A DNA stretch of 64,000 nucleotides. Source: a virus (Duplodnaviria; Caudoviricetes). The DNA lies in the IMG/VR virus record IMGVR_UViG_3300001594_000003, positions 84,992 to 148,991 of that record. The stretch is one strand, 5' to 3'. Positions 1 to 10,121 of this stretch are shown piece by piece. The notes beneath the pieces are model-generated. The model made no database searches, was not told where the DNA came from, and was given only the letters and a program-made list of their open reading frames with translations. A program made the translations under genes and the position numbers. Within the stretch, counting starts at the first letter, position 1. The number at the start of each line of letters is the position of its first letter.

Positions 1-32
1 ACAGGCATTTCCGCTCAGATTTTGGTGAGAGT

Positions 33-1175
33 ATGACAATACATTTATTCGAAGGTTTCTTCGGTCCTGATTATCGGCCGCAAGCACCTACTTTGTTTCC
101 AACCGCCAACCCAACAGGTCAACTGTTTAACGTAACAGAGGACGGGTGGACGTTTGCGTACACGACCTACTATTCAAACGCGACCGGATATAGTGGTGCG
201 TATATAGGAACTCAACAAGGTGTTCCTAAAGGGAATAAACTCGTATTTGGGTTGAGATTTAAGAATCTCATCAACCAACTACACCATATAACCATGATGT
301 TCCTTGAAGTGCCTCAGGTTTCAATTTCTTACAGTTCATCAAGTAGTATAGGCCTGTCTGCACGGTCTCCGTTGCCTGCATTTTGGATGAAAAGTACCAC
401 ACCGAGCGGAGCGAACGCAGGATTAACCTCAGCTGGGCTACGGGCACCTAACACCAACGTAGGCACAACTGGGGCAAATCCGACCTCGATTGTGTCTTGG
501 AACCTTGAAGGGTACGACACTAGAACAAATGAATATTGCGTAGAAGTTGAGTATGACTTCCAAAACAATATGATCAATATATGGATCGATGGTTTTAAAA
601 TTCAAGAGTATGCGTATGTGTTTACGGAAGCTCAGAAGGCTATTCAGGTTCTATACCCTGTAGTTGAGAGCCACACACGCCATCCTCAATCCGGCAACTC
701 CGCTGGTAACTCATCCTACACTTTGAAGCATGTACACTTCGCCGACGAGGTTCTGGGTAACGTTCAAGCGAAACGTCTTGCTCCAACCGCAGACTTCAAC
801 GTTGATTCTGTGTACAACACTCCTGCATTTTCCAAATTCAATACGTACAACGCTGGCGTAACGACAACCAAAACAGGGAAGATGGTGTTGGATGTAGCTG
901 ACGTTACAGATGAGACAATACTTGCGTTCAATTTGATTGGCACATTCTCCAAGTCGCACGTTTCGGCCTACGAAACAATTTCAACTGAAAAGCTACTCAT
1001 TTCTGACGGCACGACAGAAAACGCAGGTCCAGCCAACGCTGTTGAAAATAGCTCGCGGGATTTCAGGATGTTGGAGAAGAATCCTATAACTGGATCGAAC
1101 TGGACGCAAAGTCAGATCAATCAACTAAAAATAGGCGTTGACTTGACTATAACAGACAAGTTCCCAAGAAGCTAG
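33..1175 (+). CDS. putative virion/tail-fibre-associated protein (paralog of 4014..5186)
   Basis: S/T/N-rich beta-type protein; shares IHL.(E/D)GF start, SAYET, KNP.TG and T(D/N)KF end with 4014..5186. Confidence 0.6.
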   Translation: MTIHLFEGFFGPDYRPQAPTLFPTANPTGQLFNVTEDGWTFAYTTYYSNATGYSGAYIGTQQGVPKGNKLVFGLRFKNLINQLHHITMMFLEVPQVSISYSSSSSIGLSARSPLPAFWMKSTTPSGANAGLTSAGLRAPNTNVGTTGANPTSIVSWNLEGYDTRTNEYCVEVEYDFQNNMINIWIDGFKIQEYAYVFTEAQKAIQVLYPVVESHTRHPQSGNSAGNSSYTLKHVHFADEVLGNVQAKRLAPTADFNVDSVYNTPAFSKFNTYNAGVTTTKTGKMVLDVADVTDETILAFNLIGTFSKSHVSAYETISTEKLLISDGTTENAGPANAVENSSRDFRMLEKNPITGSNWTQSQINQLKIGVDLTITDKFPRS

Positions 1176-1185
1176 GTAACTGATA

Positions 1186-4017
1186 ATGTTAGGGCTAATC
1201 AGAAAGTTTGCACAGTGGCCTTGGCCATTGTTGCGTCGCACAGAAGAGGAAGTATCCGATACCTGGGTACAATTCCGATTTCAAGACAACGAAGCTATCA
1301 ATGAAGTAACCGAAGTGCCTGCTTTAATGTACGGCACTGCGACTGTCACGGAAGGGAAGCTGGTAACAAATCCACCGTCTACATCAAACTACATGGCGGC
1401 ACCGAACGTAATCTTCGAGGCAAACGAAGATTTCAGCATTAGCTTGAACGTGAACATGCCCTTCACGGAGACACGACCTTATAATTGCATTGTCGGTGTG
1501 TATGATTCCTTCTCCTCCGGCAAATATGCGTGGGTCTTAGGTCGCCGAGGTAATGAAAGCCCATCTAAAAAATTGGCATTCAATTTTAACGATAACGGAA
1601 ACTTGCGTGTACTGAACGGCATATCCGATATTAAACCTAATCTTGATTATCACGTTGAGATATCGCGCGTTTCAAACGTAGTCTATATGTTTGTTAATGG
1701 CAACCTAGAAAGCTCAATGGTTATATCAGGTGGGAACCCGAAAATAGCACTTCCGAGATTACGTACAGACGTTGTACATTCTGAGGGCCAAACTACCACC
1801 AGCACGCATGTTGGCGGTGGCTATAAGTGGAGCATTCAGATAAAGAAAGGCCAAGGCGGACATACTGAGAATTTTACTCCTAGTGAGCTTGATCCGTACG
1901 TGCGTGCTACATACTCTAAGTCACTTGCGGATAAAGTAGCAGCGCAGTACGGATTCCGTCGCAACTCTCTCGCAGATGAAGCTGGTAATGGTACAGGCGT
2001 TCTGTATGGTACAGCATCTGTATCTGAAGGCCGCATTAAGCAGACGGCAGTAACGACCTCGTACTTCCAGTTGCCTATCCGTAAATTTGGACAAGGTGAC
2101 TTCACTATAGAGCTTATGGCAAAAGTATCTTCCGTTAACTCAAGCTATGGTGCAGCTATACTTGGTCATTGGAAGGCAGGAGCTGCTGCGAGTGATGAGA
2201 ATAGATGGTGCATCCATATCGGTGCGCAAGGTCAAATCTCTTGGAATCAGGCTCGATCCGCCAACGCAGACGATAGGCACTACTTCATTTCACCTAGTGG
2301 TAAGTTTAAGTTCAACACAGACCAACACATAGTGGTTGAGAAGATTGGACAAACAGTTTCTATATACGTTGATGGAGAACTGGCTGCTAGTCAGGTCGGC
2401 TTCGATTTTCCTATCCGAGGAGAAGCGCCTCATTATGCGCGTAGCTTGAGTAGTCAGAATACCTATACAATGGCGGGCGAAGTATGGAACATTCGCATCG
2501 TCGATCAAGCTGTTTACGGCGGAACTGTCGTTCAGAAACCAACGTTCCCGCAGTTCCCGAAAGAAACTGTGTGGCCTTGGTTACAAATGACCAAAGACGG
2601 TAGATATGGTTACGATGAAGTCTCTGGTCATGACTGGTACACTACCAATAGTGCTACTGTGCAAAACGGCACAATCACTACAATAGCGTCCGCGTCAAGT
2701 AAAGCAGAAACGTCATCGGTAACGTTCGACGAGAACGAAGACTTCACGATTGAATCGAAGTGGAAAGCATCTACCATACACTCAACGAATGGTGCCGCCA
2801 TTCTATGTGTATGGAATACTGCAGGGCAAGGCGACAACTCATGGTGTTTGGTGCTGAATCCAAATCAAACGCTCAGTTTCGGTTTTTCCTCGGATGGTAC
2901 AACGTACACTGTCTTGGATGGGACGATAGTCGCTGCGTTGAACCAAGAGCACCATGTAGCTGTAGTGCGAAAGAATGGCGTCATTAGGATGTTTGTTGAC
3001 GGCCAACCAGAAGCCGCTACGATTGTTTCTAATCTTGCATCGTTCAAATCGAGTCGTCCGCTATCTACGACGTGGAACGCTTCTACGTACATGGCAGCGG
3101 ATCGTTGGGATATTCGTATTATCAAGGGAGAAGCAAAATATACGGTCGCGTTCACGCCAGTCACGCTTACAGCTTTCCGTCGCCCATTGTATGAATCTGC
3201 TATTGAATCTGCCATAGCATCACAGTATGTTTTCCGTGAAAACGTAAACCATAACGAGATAACAGGCGAAGTAGCTAGCCTTTCAGGTACTGCGGCTGTA
3301 ATGCGTGGTCGTATCAAGACTACAAATGACAACACGTCTCAGTATAGCCTGCCTACGAAATACTTCGGAGCGGGTGATTTCACCATTGAGTTTATGTTTA
3401 AGCTGCTTGCATCGCGCAGCGCAACGATGCAAATTCTCGGTCAAGCCTACTCCGGTAATCAGGTACACCAAGACAACAGTTGGAACATTTACTACAAAGA
3501 CAATTCGCTTACAGTTGATATCTGGCCGGGTCTGACCTTAACTCGTCACGTTATTAGTTGCGGACCGTTGCCGCTTAACGTAGACTCGCACATAGTTGTA
3601 GAACGTGTTGAAGGTATAGTCACGGTATACGTAAACGGTAAAAGTGTCGGCACACTCAATCTGACAACGCCGCTGGTTGAGCCGGCTACAAACACGATGA
3701 CGTCCAACAACAAAATATCTGGCGCCAACAACCTATACGGCGAGCGTGAGATATGGAACATTCGGACGGCGTCTAGGGCACTCTATCGCGGAAATGTCAA
3801 AACAAAATCTACGTTTCCGCGTCCGGCAAATGGCTTCTCGGTACAAGCCCAGACTGTCAGCGTTCAATCGCTGGAAAGTAGCAGCTTCAATACGGAGCTA
3901 ACGGACCACACCGTACAAACAGTCAGCGTACAATCCCTTGAGTCAGTACCAGTTAATACTGAGCTGACCGACCATTCGATTAACACCGTAGTAATCCAAG
4001 CATTGGTGAAAATATGA
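1186..4017 (+). CDS. LamG/concanavalin-A-like repeat tail (receptor-binding) protein
   Basis: four repeats with DF(T/S)IE, H(V/I).V.(R/K), (F/Y)V(D/N)G and W.IR(I/T) motifs. Confidence 0.75.
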   Translation: MLGLIRKFAQWPWPLLRRTEEEVSDTWVQFRFQDNEAINEVTEVPALMYGTATVTEGKLVTNPPSTSNYMAAPNVIFEANEDFSISLNVNMPFTETRPYNCIVGVYDSFSSGKYAWVLGRRGNESPSKKLAFNFNDNGNLRVLNGISDIKPNLDYHVEISRVSNVVYMFVNGNLESSMVISGGNPKIALPRLRTDVVHSEGQTTTSTHVGGGYKWSIQIKKGQGGHTENFTPSELDPYVRATYSKSLADKVAAQYGFRRNSLADEAGNGTGVLYGTASVSEGRIKQTAVTTSYFQLPIRKFGQGDFTIELMAKVSSVNSSYGAAILGHWKAGAAASDENRWCIHIGAQGQISWNQARSANADDRHYFISPSGKFKFNTDQHIVVEKIGQTVSIYVDGELAASQVGFDFPIRGEAPHYARSLSSQNTYTMAGEVWNIRIVDQAVYGGTVVQKPTFPQFPKETVWPWLQMTKDGRYGYDEVSGHDWYTTNSATVQNGTITTIASASSKAETSSVTFDENEDFTIESKWKASTIHSTNGAAILCVWNTAGQGDNSWCLVLNPNQTLSFGFSSDGTTYTVLDGTIVAALNQEHHVAVVRKNGVIRMFVDGQPEAATIVSNLASFKSSRPLSTTWNASTYMAADRWDIRIIKGEAKYTVAFTPVTLTAFRRPLYESAIESAIASQYVFRENVNHNEITGEVASLSGTAAVMRGRIKTTNDNTSQYSLPTKYFGAGDFTIEFMFKLLASRSATMQILGQAYSGNQVHQDNSWNIYYKDNSLTVDIWPGLTLTRHVISCGPLPLNVDSHIVVERVEGIVTVYVNGKSVGTLNLTTPLVEPATNTMTSNNKISGANNLYGEREIWNIRTASRALYRGNVKTKSTFPRPANGFSVQAQTVSVQSLESSSFNTELTDHTVQTVSVQSLESVPVNTELTDHSINTVVIQALVKI
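3850..3981 (+). repeat. two-copy 22-codon tandem repeat at the LamG protein C-terminus
   Basis: QTVSVQSLES...NTELTDH occurs twice. Confidence 0.85.
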
Positions 4018-5186
4018 TCCATTTACTAGATGGTTTCAACTGGCCGGTTAACGCAACTACAGCGAATGCCACTCTGGATAATCATCAAAATCAACCCACT
4101 TCGTTTTTTCAGTTCCCACCAAATCCGTACGTGCACCCAGAAAACGGCAAAGGGCTTTTTGGTGCACGAGAAAACACAGGCACCGCACTTATACACGGCC
4201 TAAGAATAGTTGCACGACCTGCGCTAACGTTCACAAACGGGAAACTCGTTGTTGGAGGTTCCTTCTATGCCAACAATATAAACACGGACGGTAACAGGAA
4301 TTTTTTTGGCTTGCTTCTCTGCTATACGAACGACGGTTATATAGGTACCACTCAGGTACGCAGCAGTGCTGGTTCTTCAGATATGGCACCGCCAGTGACG
4401 CGATTGCCTTCCTTGCTACTTAAGGGAAGTATGTTGATGTTGCGCAAGTACGCATCAAGCTCTTCCAGTACGAGCGCATCTACCTACGTAGCAAGCCGTG
4501 ATCTTACAGGGGTCACCTCTATGGGTAAGCATTGGTTTGAGGTTGTGTACGATTTCAATGCCAACACCGTAGAAGTCTTCATAGATAACGTATCCGTGTT
4601 GTTGCATCCGTACACGTTTACTGAGGAGGAGAAAACTGCTTCGTATCGTCTTCAAGTACACATGCAGGTCTGCTCATCGCTTCCTGAACTGTACGTGACT
4701 GCGGTGTACGCAGCAGATGAACGATTTGGTCCGTGCAAGGTAGTAGCCAAATATGCAAACGCTGACGTGTCCGTTCCACCTGCATTCGGAGAAGGGCCGC
4801 ATTTTCAAAAACTCAACGGCAGTTTCATATCTACCGACACCAACAAGTTGGTCACTAAGCAGGATGCCTCAGCTGAGTTTGGATTGACTCCTAGTGAAAT
4901 AACGGGTGACGTGAAGGGTGTAGTCGTGTTGGGTCGCTTGTCTTCAACTAACCGATCTGCGTATGAAACTGGGGCCGACGTACAATACGGCCTCAAATTG
5001 CCTCAAGGAACATGGGCATCCAATAAAATACCGGTGCCGACACCGGTTGAAGCAACAGAGCGAATTGAAGCCGTAATGCTGGACAAGAATCCCCTAACTG
5101 GCACTGCGTTCACGAAAGACGAAATCAACTCGCTAGGTCTGACCCTAACGTTCGACGTGACCAACAAGTTTACCGTAGCTGAATAA
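4014..5186 (+). CDS. putative virion/tail-fibre-associated protein (paralog of 33..1175)
   Basis: ATGA overlap with the upstream gene; motifs shared with 33..1175. Confidence 0.6.
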   Translation: MIHLLDGFNWPVNATTANATLDNHQNQPTSFFQFPPNPYVHPENGKGLFGARENTGTALIHGLRIVARPALTFTNGKLVVGGSFYANNINTDGNRNFFGLLLCYTNDGYIGTTQVRSSAGSSDMAPPVTRLPSLLLKGSMLMLRKYASSSSSTSASTYVASRDLTGVTSMGKHWFEVVYDFNANTVEVFIDNVSVLLHPYTFTEEEKTASYRLQVHMQVCSSLPELYVTAVYAADERFGPCKVVAKYANADVSVPPAFGEGPHFQKLNGSFISTDTNKLVTKQDASAEFGLTPSEITGDVKGVVVLGRLSSTNRSAYETGADVQYGLKLPQGTWASNKIPVPTPVEATERIEAVMLDKNPLTGTAFTKDEINSLGLTLTFDVTNKFTVAE

Positions 5187-5275
5187 CCGAGTAATTTAAT
5201 CACAAGGATGTGAATAAAATGCCAACACTAAAATACGTTCAAGGAGCTCCACTTAATCATACGTGAGGCTCCAAA

Positions 5276-7324
5276 ATGAAACCAGAAGAACTCCTTGCTG
5301 CTATGCAGCCACTAGCGGAAGCCGTAGCAAAGGCGACCGCGGAATACACGAAAGAAGTTGCTTCTTATCGTGAGGAACTAGCACAGACCAAGGAAGAACT
5401 TCAACGAGTACGGACGCAACTTGAAGAACTAGCAGGTGCAACACCAAAGCCGACACCCGAGCAACCAAAGCCAGAGCCTACTCCTGAACCGGAGCCAACA
5501 CCTAAGCCTGATGTACCTGCGACCGGTGCCATCAAGATCAATGATTTCGATGGCGGTGATTGGCTGAACGGTGTCTGGATCAAGGATGATACCCGCCGGG
5601 TATCCATACCGCAAACTGACCTGTTCACAGTTGGTGATGAAGTAACACTAGCTGATGGTGAACCCCGTCGCGTCAAAGTTGTTGAAGACGTTGGCGATAA
5701 CATCAGTCTGGAACTCACTGGCGGCAAGATCGACCCTAACGTTGCAGGTGCACCCAACAACGTAACTAAGGTAGCAGACGGTGAGCCGGATGATCTGCCT
5801 GAGCCGGGACCTGAGCAGCCAGCTCCAATACCAGAAGTACCAAAGCCTGAGCCGAAGCCGGACGTTGAAGGGTTTACCTCCAGCATCAACAACTTCACGG
5901 ATGACAAGTATTGGGATCGCGGTATCTGGCGCGGCGATAAGGCTGGTATCAGTATCACTAACTCGGCAGACAATCGTAAGCACTTCGTAGAGGGTGCTCC
6001 GGTTAAACTTGCCACTGGCGAGATTCGTCGAGTAACGTGGGCTCAAGAGGTTGGTGACAACATCAGCCTTTTCTTGGAAGGTACGACCTTGGATGCTTCT
6101 AAGGTCGGCTCACCCAACAAGATCGTATTGGCAACTGACGAAGCACCTCAGCCAGACCCAAAGCCGACAGAGCCGGAACCTACACCTACTCCAGCACCTA
6201 CGCCGATCCCACCTGTTTCTGGTGTTGACGCTCAACTGCCTGCGTTCGGTCTAAACTTGGGTGGTCTGGGTAATAACCCTTGGCTTGCAGCTATCAATGG
6301 GCCGGATGGGGTTCGAGGCGATACACACTACTCGATCACCAAAGAGCCGCACATTGCGTGCTATGCGAAACACTTGAACGGTAAGCCGTGGATTGCGCGT
6401 CTGCCTATCGCTGCTGAGTACCTGATCACCAAGGATGGAGACAAGCTCAACCAGCGCTATGTGAACGACATTCTGGGTGTGATGAACATCGTCCACAAGT
6501 ACGGCGGTAAAGTGCTGTTGGATATGCACAACTACTACCGCTTCTGGAAGAAAGTACCCAGCCCTGTTGCGGGTCGTGATATGAAGAACCACAACGACCA
6601 CCTTGCAAAGGGTTCGGCTGTGTGGACTGTCATCAACGAGCCGGATTGTCCTGTCACCAACAAAGGATTCGCGCAACTGTGGGTAGACATTCTGATGGGC
6701 CCAATAGGTAAGCATCCTGCGATGTTTATGGCTGGGCTTGTGAATGAACCACACAACCGCGGCACCGACAAGGTTGATATCAACTCGAAGTGGCCTGTAT
6801 GTGCTCAACTGTGCGTCAACGAAATCCGTAAGGTCAACAAGACTATCTGGATTACAGTTGCGGGCAACTTCTACAGCAGCGCCAAGATGTGGACCAGCGT
6901 CAGCAAGGACCTGCACAAGATCACTGATCCGCAAGACAAGCTGATCTTTGAAGCTCACCAGTACATGGACAAGCAGGGTAATGGTGGCGGGGCGTGGAAC
7001 TCCCACACCGATCCGGTTGCTGCCGATCAAGGTACCAAGGACTGGGCAGGGTATGCCGCCTGGGCTATAGAGAAGAACGTGCGTGGTATGTGCGGTGAAG
7101 TAGGTGGTCCCGCTACTGCAGGTCAGTATTTGACTGCTGTTCGCCGCTTGTGTGATCTTATGGCATCACACCGTATGCCAGTAGTGTTTTGGATGGGCGG
7201 TACTGGCCAGAACGACAGCTACGCTAACGGTATGAACACCAAGGCAGGCGTACTCAAACCAAATGCTGCGCCTCTGATGGAGCGCATCGGACGCACGTTC
7301 CCATCGTACGGGCCGAAGAAGTAA
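5276..7324 (+). CDS. GH5 (cellulase-family) glycoside hydrolase with coiled coil, Pro-rich linkers and two repeat domains
   Basis: LDMHNY, NEPH (acid/base Glu), FEAHQY and GEVGGP (nucleophile Glu). Confidence 0.8.
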   Translation: MKPEELLAAMQPLAEAVAKATAEYTKEVASYREELAQTKEELQRVRTQLEELAGATPKPTPEQPKPEPTPEPEPTPKPDVPATGAIKINDFDGGDWLNGVWIKDDTRRVSIPQTDLFTVGDEVTLADGEPRRVKVVEDVGDNISLELTGGKIDPNVAGAPNNVTKVADGEPDDLPEPGPEQPAPIPEVPKPEPKPDVEGFTSSINNFTDDKYWDRGIWRGDKAGISITNSADNRKHFVEGAPVKLATGEIRRVTWAQEVGDNISLFLEGTTLDASKVGSPNKIVLATDEAPQPDPKPTEPEPTPTPAPTPIPPVSGVDAQLPAFGLNLGGLGNNPWLAAINGPDGVRGDTHYSITKEPHIACYAKHLNGKPWIARLPIAAEYLITKDGDKLNQRYVNDILGVMNIVHKYGGKVLLDMHNYYRFWKKVPSPVAGRDMKNHNDHLAKGSAVWTVINEPDCPVTNKGFAQLWVDILMGPIGKHPAMFMAGLVNEPHNRGTDKVDINSKWPVCAQLCVNEIRKVNKTIWITVAGNFYSSAKMWTSVSKDLHKITDPQDKLIFEAHQYMDKQGNGGGAWNSHTDPVAADQGTKDWAGYAAWAIEKNVRGMCGEVGGPATAGQYLTAVRRLCDLMASHRMPVVFWMGGTGQNDSYANGMNTKAGVLKPNAAPLMERIGRTFPSYGPKK

Positions 7325-7403
7325 CGGATTCAATCGCCAAGGACGGCACCCTATTCCAATGTGCTTCTGTAATTTATACACAAGCTAAATGAGGAGCTAG
7401 TAA

Positions 7404-8066
7404 ATGCGTCTCCAACTTCGTATGACTGCGGAAGCACATTCCAAAGCAGAACACTTCACCCAATTCTCCAATGCGGACGAAGGTGAAATGAAATCCTTCA
7501 TTCGCACACTGATGCAATTGAAGGACATGCAAGACCTGTACGATGTAGGCTTGAAGGTTGAGAAGCTGATCCCTCGCCTACTGGACTTGTTCCAAGAAGC
7601 CAAGATTGACCCGTCGTGTTCGTTCCAAGCAGCAAACGGTCGTCTCTGGGCACTGTACACAAAGTGGCGTCAGAGTTGTCAGGATAGCCTGAAAAACGGT
7701 ATGTACGACAAGTTCTGCCAAGCCAGAATGCAAGACGTAAAGTGTCCAGGCCTGTCCCTAGCCAACTACCCGATTCAGGGTATGTTCACTATGGATGGCG
7801 TGCGCTTTGTCGGTATAGGTTACGACAACGCAAACGTAAACGGTCTCGGTACAGATCAGTGGGTACTGCTGCTGTCGGTACGTGGGGAGAACACGTGTTC
7901 CACCATGTGCATGGGCAGTTTGAACGACTCGTTCGGTAAGATCGACTATGACAAGTTTGGTCAGATCGTGGTCAATCTAAAGGGATGGATGACAGAAAAT
8001 GTTCGTGAACTTCAAGATAATTCCACCGGGCCAACCCCAACAAGACAAGACCCTACCGAAGGGTAA
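7404..8066 (+). CDS. hypothetical protein
   Basis: long ORF with GAGGAG RBS. Confidence 0.7.
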   Translation: MRLQLRMTAEAHSKAEHFTQFSNADEGEMKSFIRTLMQLKDMQDLYDVGLKVEKLIPRLLDLFQEAKIDPSCSFQAANGRLWALYTKWRQSCQDSLKNGMYDKFCQARMQDVKCPGLSLANYPIQGMFTMDGVRFVGIGYDNANVNGLGTDQWVLLLSVRGENTCSTMCMGSLNDSFGKIDYDKFGQIVVNLKGWMTENVRELQDNSTGPTPTRQDPTEG

Positions 8067-8188
8067 GTCAAAAACCGAGAAGAACCAGATCAAGGAAGAT
8101 ATGAGAACTATCCAGAATCGACTGGCTAGATCGCTGCTGCGTGCTGTACGCAAACGAGCAGAGCACCAGAATTACAAGGAGATTTGAA

Positions 8189-8476
8189 ATGGAATCGTGG
8201 ATCAGCAAAGCGCTTGGATACGCCAAGTATGCAGGTGCTGCCGTCTTAGCGTTAGGGGTTGCAGTTCTACTTCGCAAACAGCCAGTGGCTAAACCGAAGG
8301 AGAAGATCGAGAAGGGACCTGATATGAAGGTCGCTTATGACAATGCCGAGCAACTCGACAAGAAAGAAGAAGTAACCAAAGAACAGCACGGCAAAATAGA
8401 AGAAGTGCTGCAACCAAAGCCAATCACAAACAAACCTCTGCGCGATGCAGTAGATGACTGGAATCGCGACGCTTGA
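8189..8476 (+). CDS. single-TM membrane protein (lysis-associated, i-spanin-like)
   Basis: AAGGAG RBS before ATG 8189; N-terminal TM followed by a charged helical tail. Confidence 0.5.
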   Translation: MESWISKALGYAKYAGAAVLALGVAVLLRKQPVAKPKEKIEKGPDMKVAYDNAEQLDKKEEVTKEQHGKIEEVLQPKPITNKPLRDAVDDWNRDA

Positions 8477-8489
8477 CTTGGAGACTAAC

Positions 8490-8888
8490 ATGGAACTTCT
8501 GGCAGATGCAGTAAAAAATCTGTTGGGCGTTGAACCATCCATGGCACTCACATACTTGCTATGTGTACTCATCGGTGTAGGTATCAACTGGGCTAAATCC
8601 AGCAGGGAAGCCAACATTAGCCTTATGTCGTACTGGACACGATATCCGATTCGTTCGCAAACGGCTATCATCGGTACAATCTCTGCTTACCTATTCACGG
8701 TTATCACTGATCCTGAATCAGGCAAGCTGACGTATATCGCTATCGGGTATGCGTGCGACAACCTGCTCAACAAGGTCCCCGTAGAGGGCAAAGCTGCGGA
8801 TATCATCGCACGGCAAGAAGCCGAAGTGATTGTTCAAGAGCAGCGCATAAGGGAATTGACCCAATCGCTCCCACAACAAGGTAGTTAA
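8490..8888 (+). CDS. holin-like membrane protein
   Basis: GGAG RBS; 2-3 hydrophobic segments and a charged C-terminus; next to a lipoprotein gene. Confidence 0.5.
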   Translation: MELLADAVKNLLGVEPSMALTYLLCVLIGVGINWAKSSREANISLMSYWTRYPIRSQTAIIGTISAYLFTVITDPESGKLTYIAIGYACDNLLNKVPVEGKAADIIARQEAEVIVQEQRIRELTQSLPQQGS

Positions 8889-8890
8889 GC

Positions 8891-9355
8891 ATGAAACTGT
8901 TCGCGTTGTTACTCTCGGTGTTCCTAGTTGGGTGTTCGAGCAACCTACCGAAGCCTGAAATCAGTGATCGCTACTCCAAGCTGGAGACTATGGATCACCT
9001 GACTGCTAAAGCCGCAGTGTTGCCTGCTGTGCCTCAGATCCGCGTAACGCCTATTGACGGCAAAGAGTACGCGGTGCTGGATGCAGACGGCATGAACCAG
9101 CTCAATCAGTTCAGGCAAGCGGCAAAGCAGAACACCGAGGCAGTTGCGCTTTTGATCGAGGCACAGAACGGGCTAATAGATCAGCGCAACCTCATGTTGC
9201 AGAATCTTCGGCTAGAGGAATCCCGCTCCAACTTCTTCGCTGAGAAGTACATGGAGTCGGAGAACTTGCGACGCGAACAGTACGACCAATTTCAAATGGA
9301 GCTGATCATCCACAAGGTGACGCTCCTTCTATTCGGCGCATTGGTGGTGTTCTGA
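8891..9355 (+). CDS. lipoprotein, candidate unimolecular spanin
   Basis: signal peptide with lipobox LVGC; hydrophobic C-terminus VTLLLFGALVVF. Confidence 0.6.
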   Translation: MKLFALLLSVFLVGCSSNLPKPEISDRYSKLETMDHLTAKAAVLPAVPQIRVTPIDGKEYAVLDADGMNQLNQFRQAAKQNTEAVALLIEAQNGLIDQRNLMLQNLRLEESRSNFFAEKYMESENLRREQYDQFQMELIIHKVTLLLFGALVVF

Positions 9356-9819
9356 TGGACGAAACGATAAAGATCGGCAAGAACTTCACACTCGCCGACG
9401 TACAGTTTAACGAGATTGCAGTGCGTCTTGGTATGAGCAACGACGTGGTCGATGATCAAGTCATATCGAACGCGCGGCGTCTCGCCAAGAACGTACTGGA
9501 CCCACTGATTGAACAGTTCGGTCATGTGTTCATCACATCGTGGTATCGCAACCAGAATCTGGAGCGCGAGTACAGCCGCAACACCTTTGCTCGCTGGTGT
9601 ATCGACAATCGATTGCCGATCCGAGACGAAGCATGGCAGCAGTACATAGACCAGAAACAGCATCACACTGGTTGTGCCGTGACTATCCGCGCAAAGGACA
9701 ATGACGAACTGTTCGACTACATCAAGGACAATCTGGAGTTCGATACGCTAATGCACAAGAAGCATTGGATCAGTGTCAGCTTCACCCAGAATAACCAAAA
9801 ACGGGCTATTGGTAGATGA
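9355..9819 (+). CDS. peptidase M15-like protein with degenerate Zn site
   Basis: IGKNFTL, VLDPL, ITSWYR, QHHTGCA and HWISVSF motifs. Confidence 0.7.
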   Translation: MDETIKIGKNFTLADVQFNEIAVRLGMSNDVVDDQVISNARRLAKNVLDPLIEQFGHVFITSWYRNQNLEREYSRNTFARWCIDNRLPIRDEAWQQYIDQKQHHTGCAVTIRAKDNDELFDYIKDNLEFDTLMHKKHWISVSFTQNNQKRAIGR

Positions 9820-10121
9820 TCATTACTCTTTCTATGGCGCTGCCTTCCCACCATCAAATAGGTGATGAAGTATTTCTACATCCGAATCCGTGGCGCCAAA
9901 CAACAGAGCGCAACTCGGGTTTTCTGTGTCGTGTCGATAAGGTAAACTTTAGATCGGGAAAGGTAACGTATGATCTGGCGCTTCACGTAGTGGAAGGTGA
10001 TGGCGAAGGTAATCTCGAATCAAGATATTACGATGCCATCACTATAAAGGACGTCGATAGCTCGTTCGTTTACTCGATTAAAGATTTGGAAGAAAAGGAC
10101 CATACGCATGAAAGTTCGTAA
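9816..10121 (+). CDS. hypothetical protein
   Basis: ATGA-coupled ORF. Confidence 0.6.
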   Translation: MIITLSMALPSHHQIGDEVFLHPNPWRQTTERNSGFLCRVDKVNFRSGKVTYDLALHVVEGDGEGNLESRYYDAITIKDVDSSFVYSIKDLEEKDHTHESS

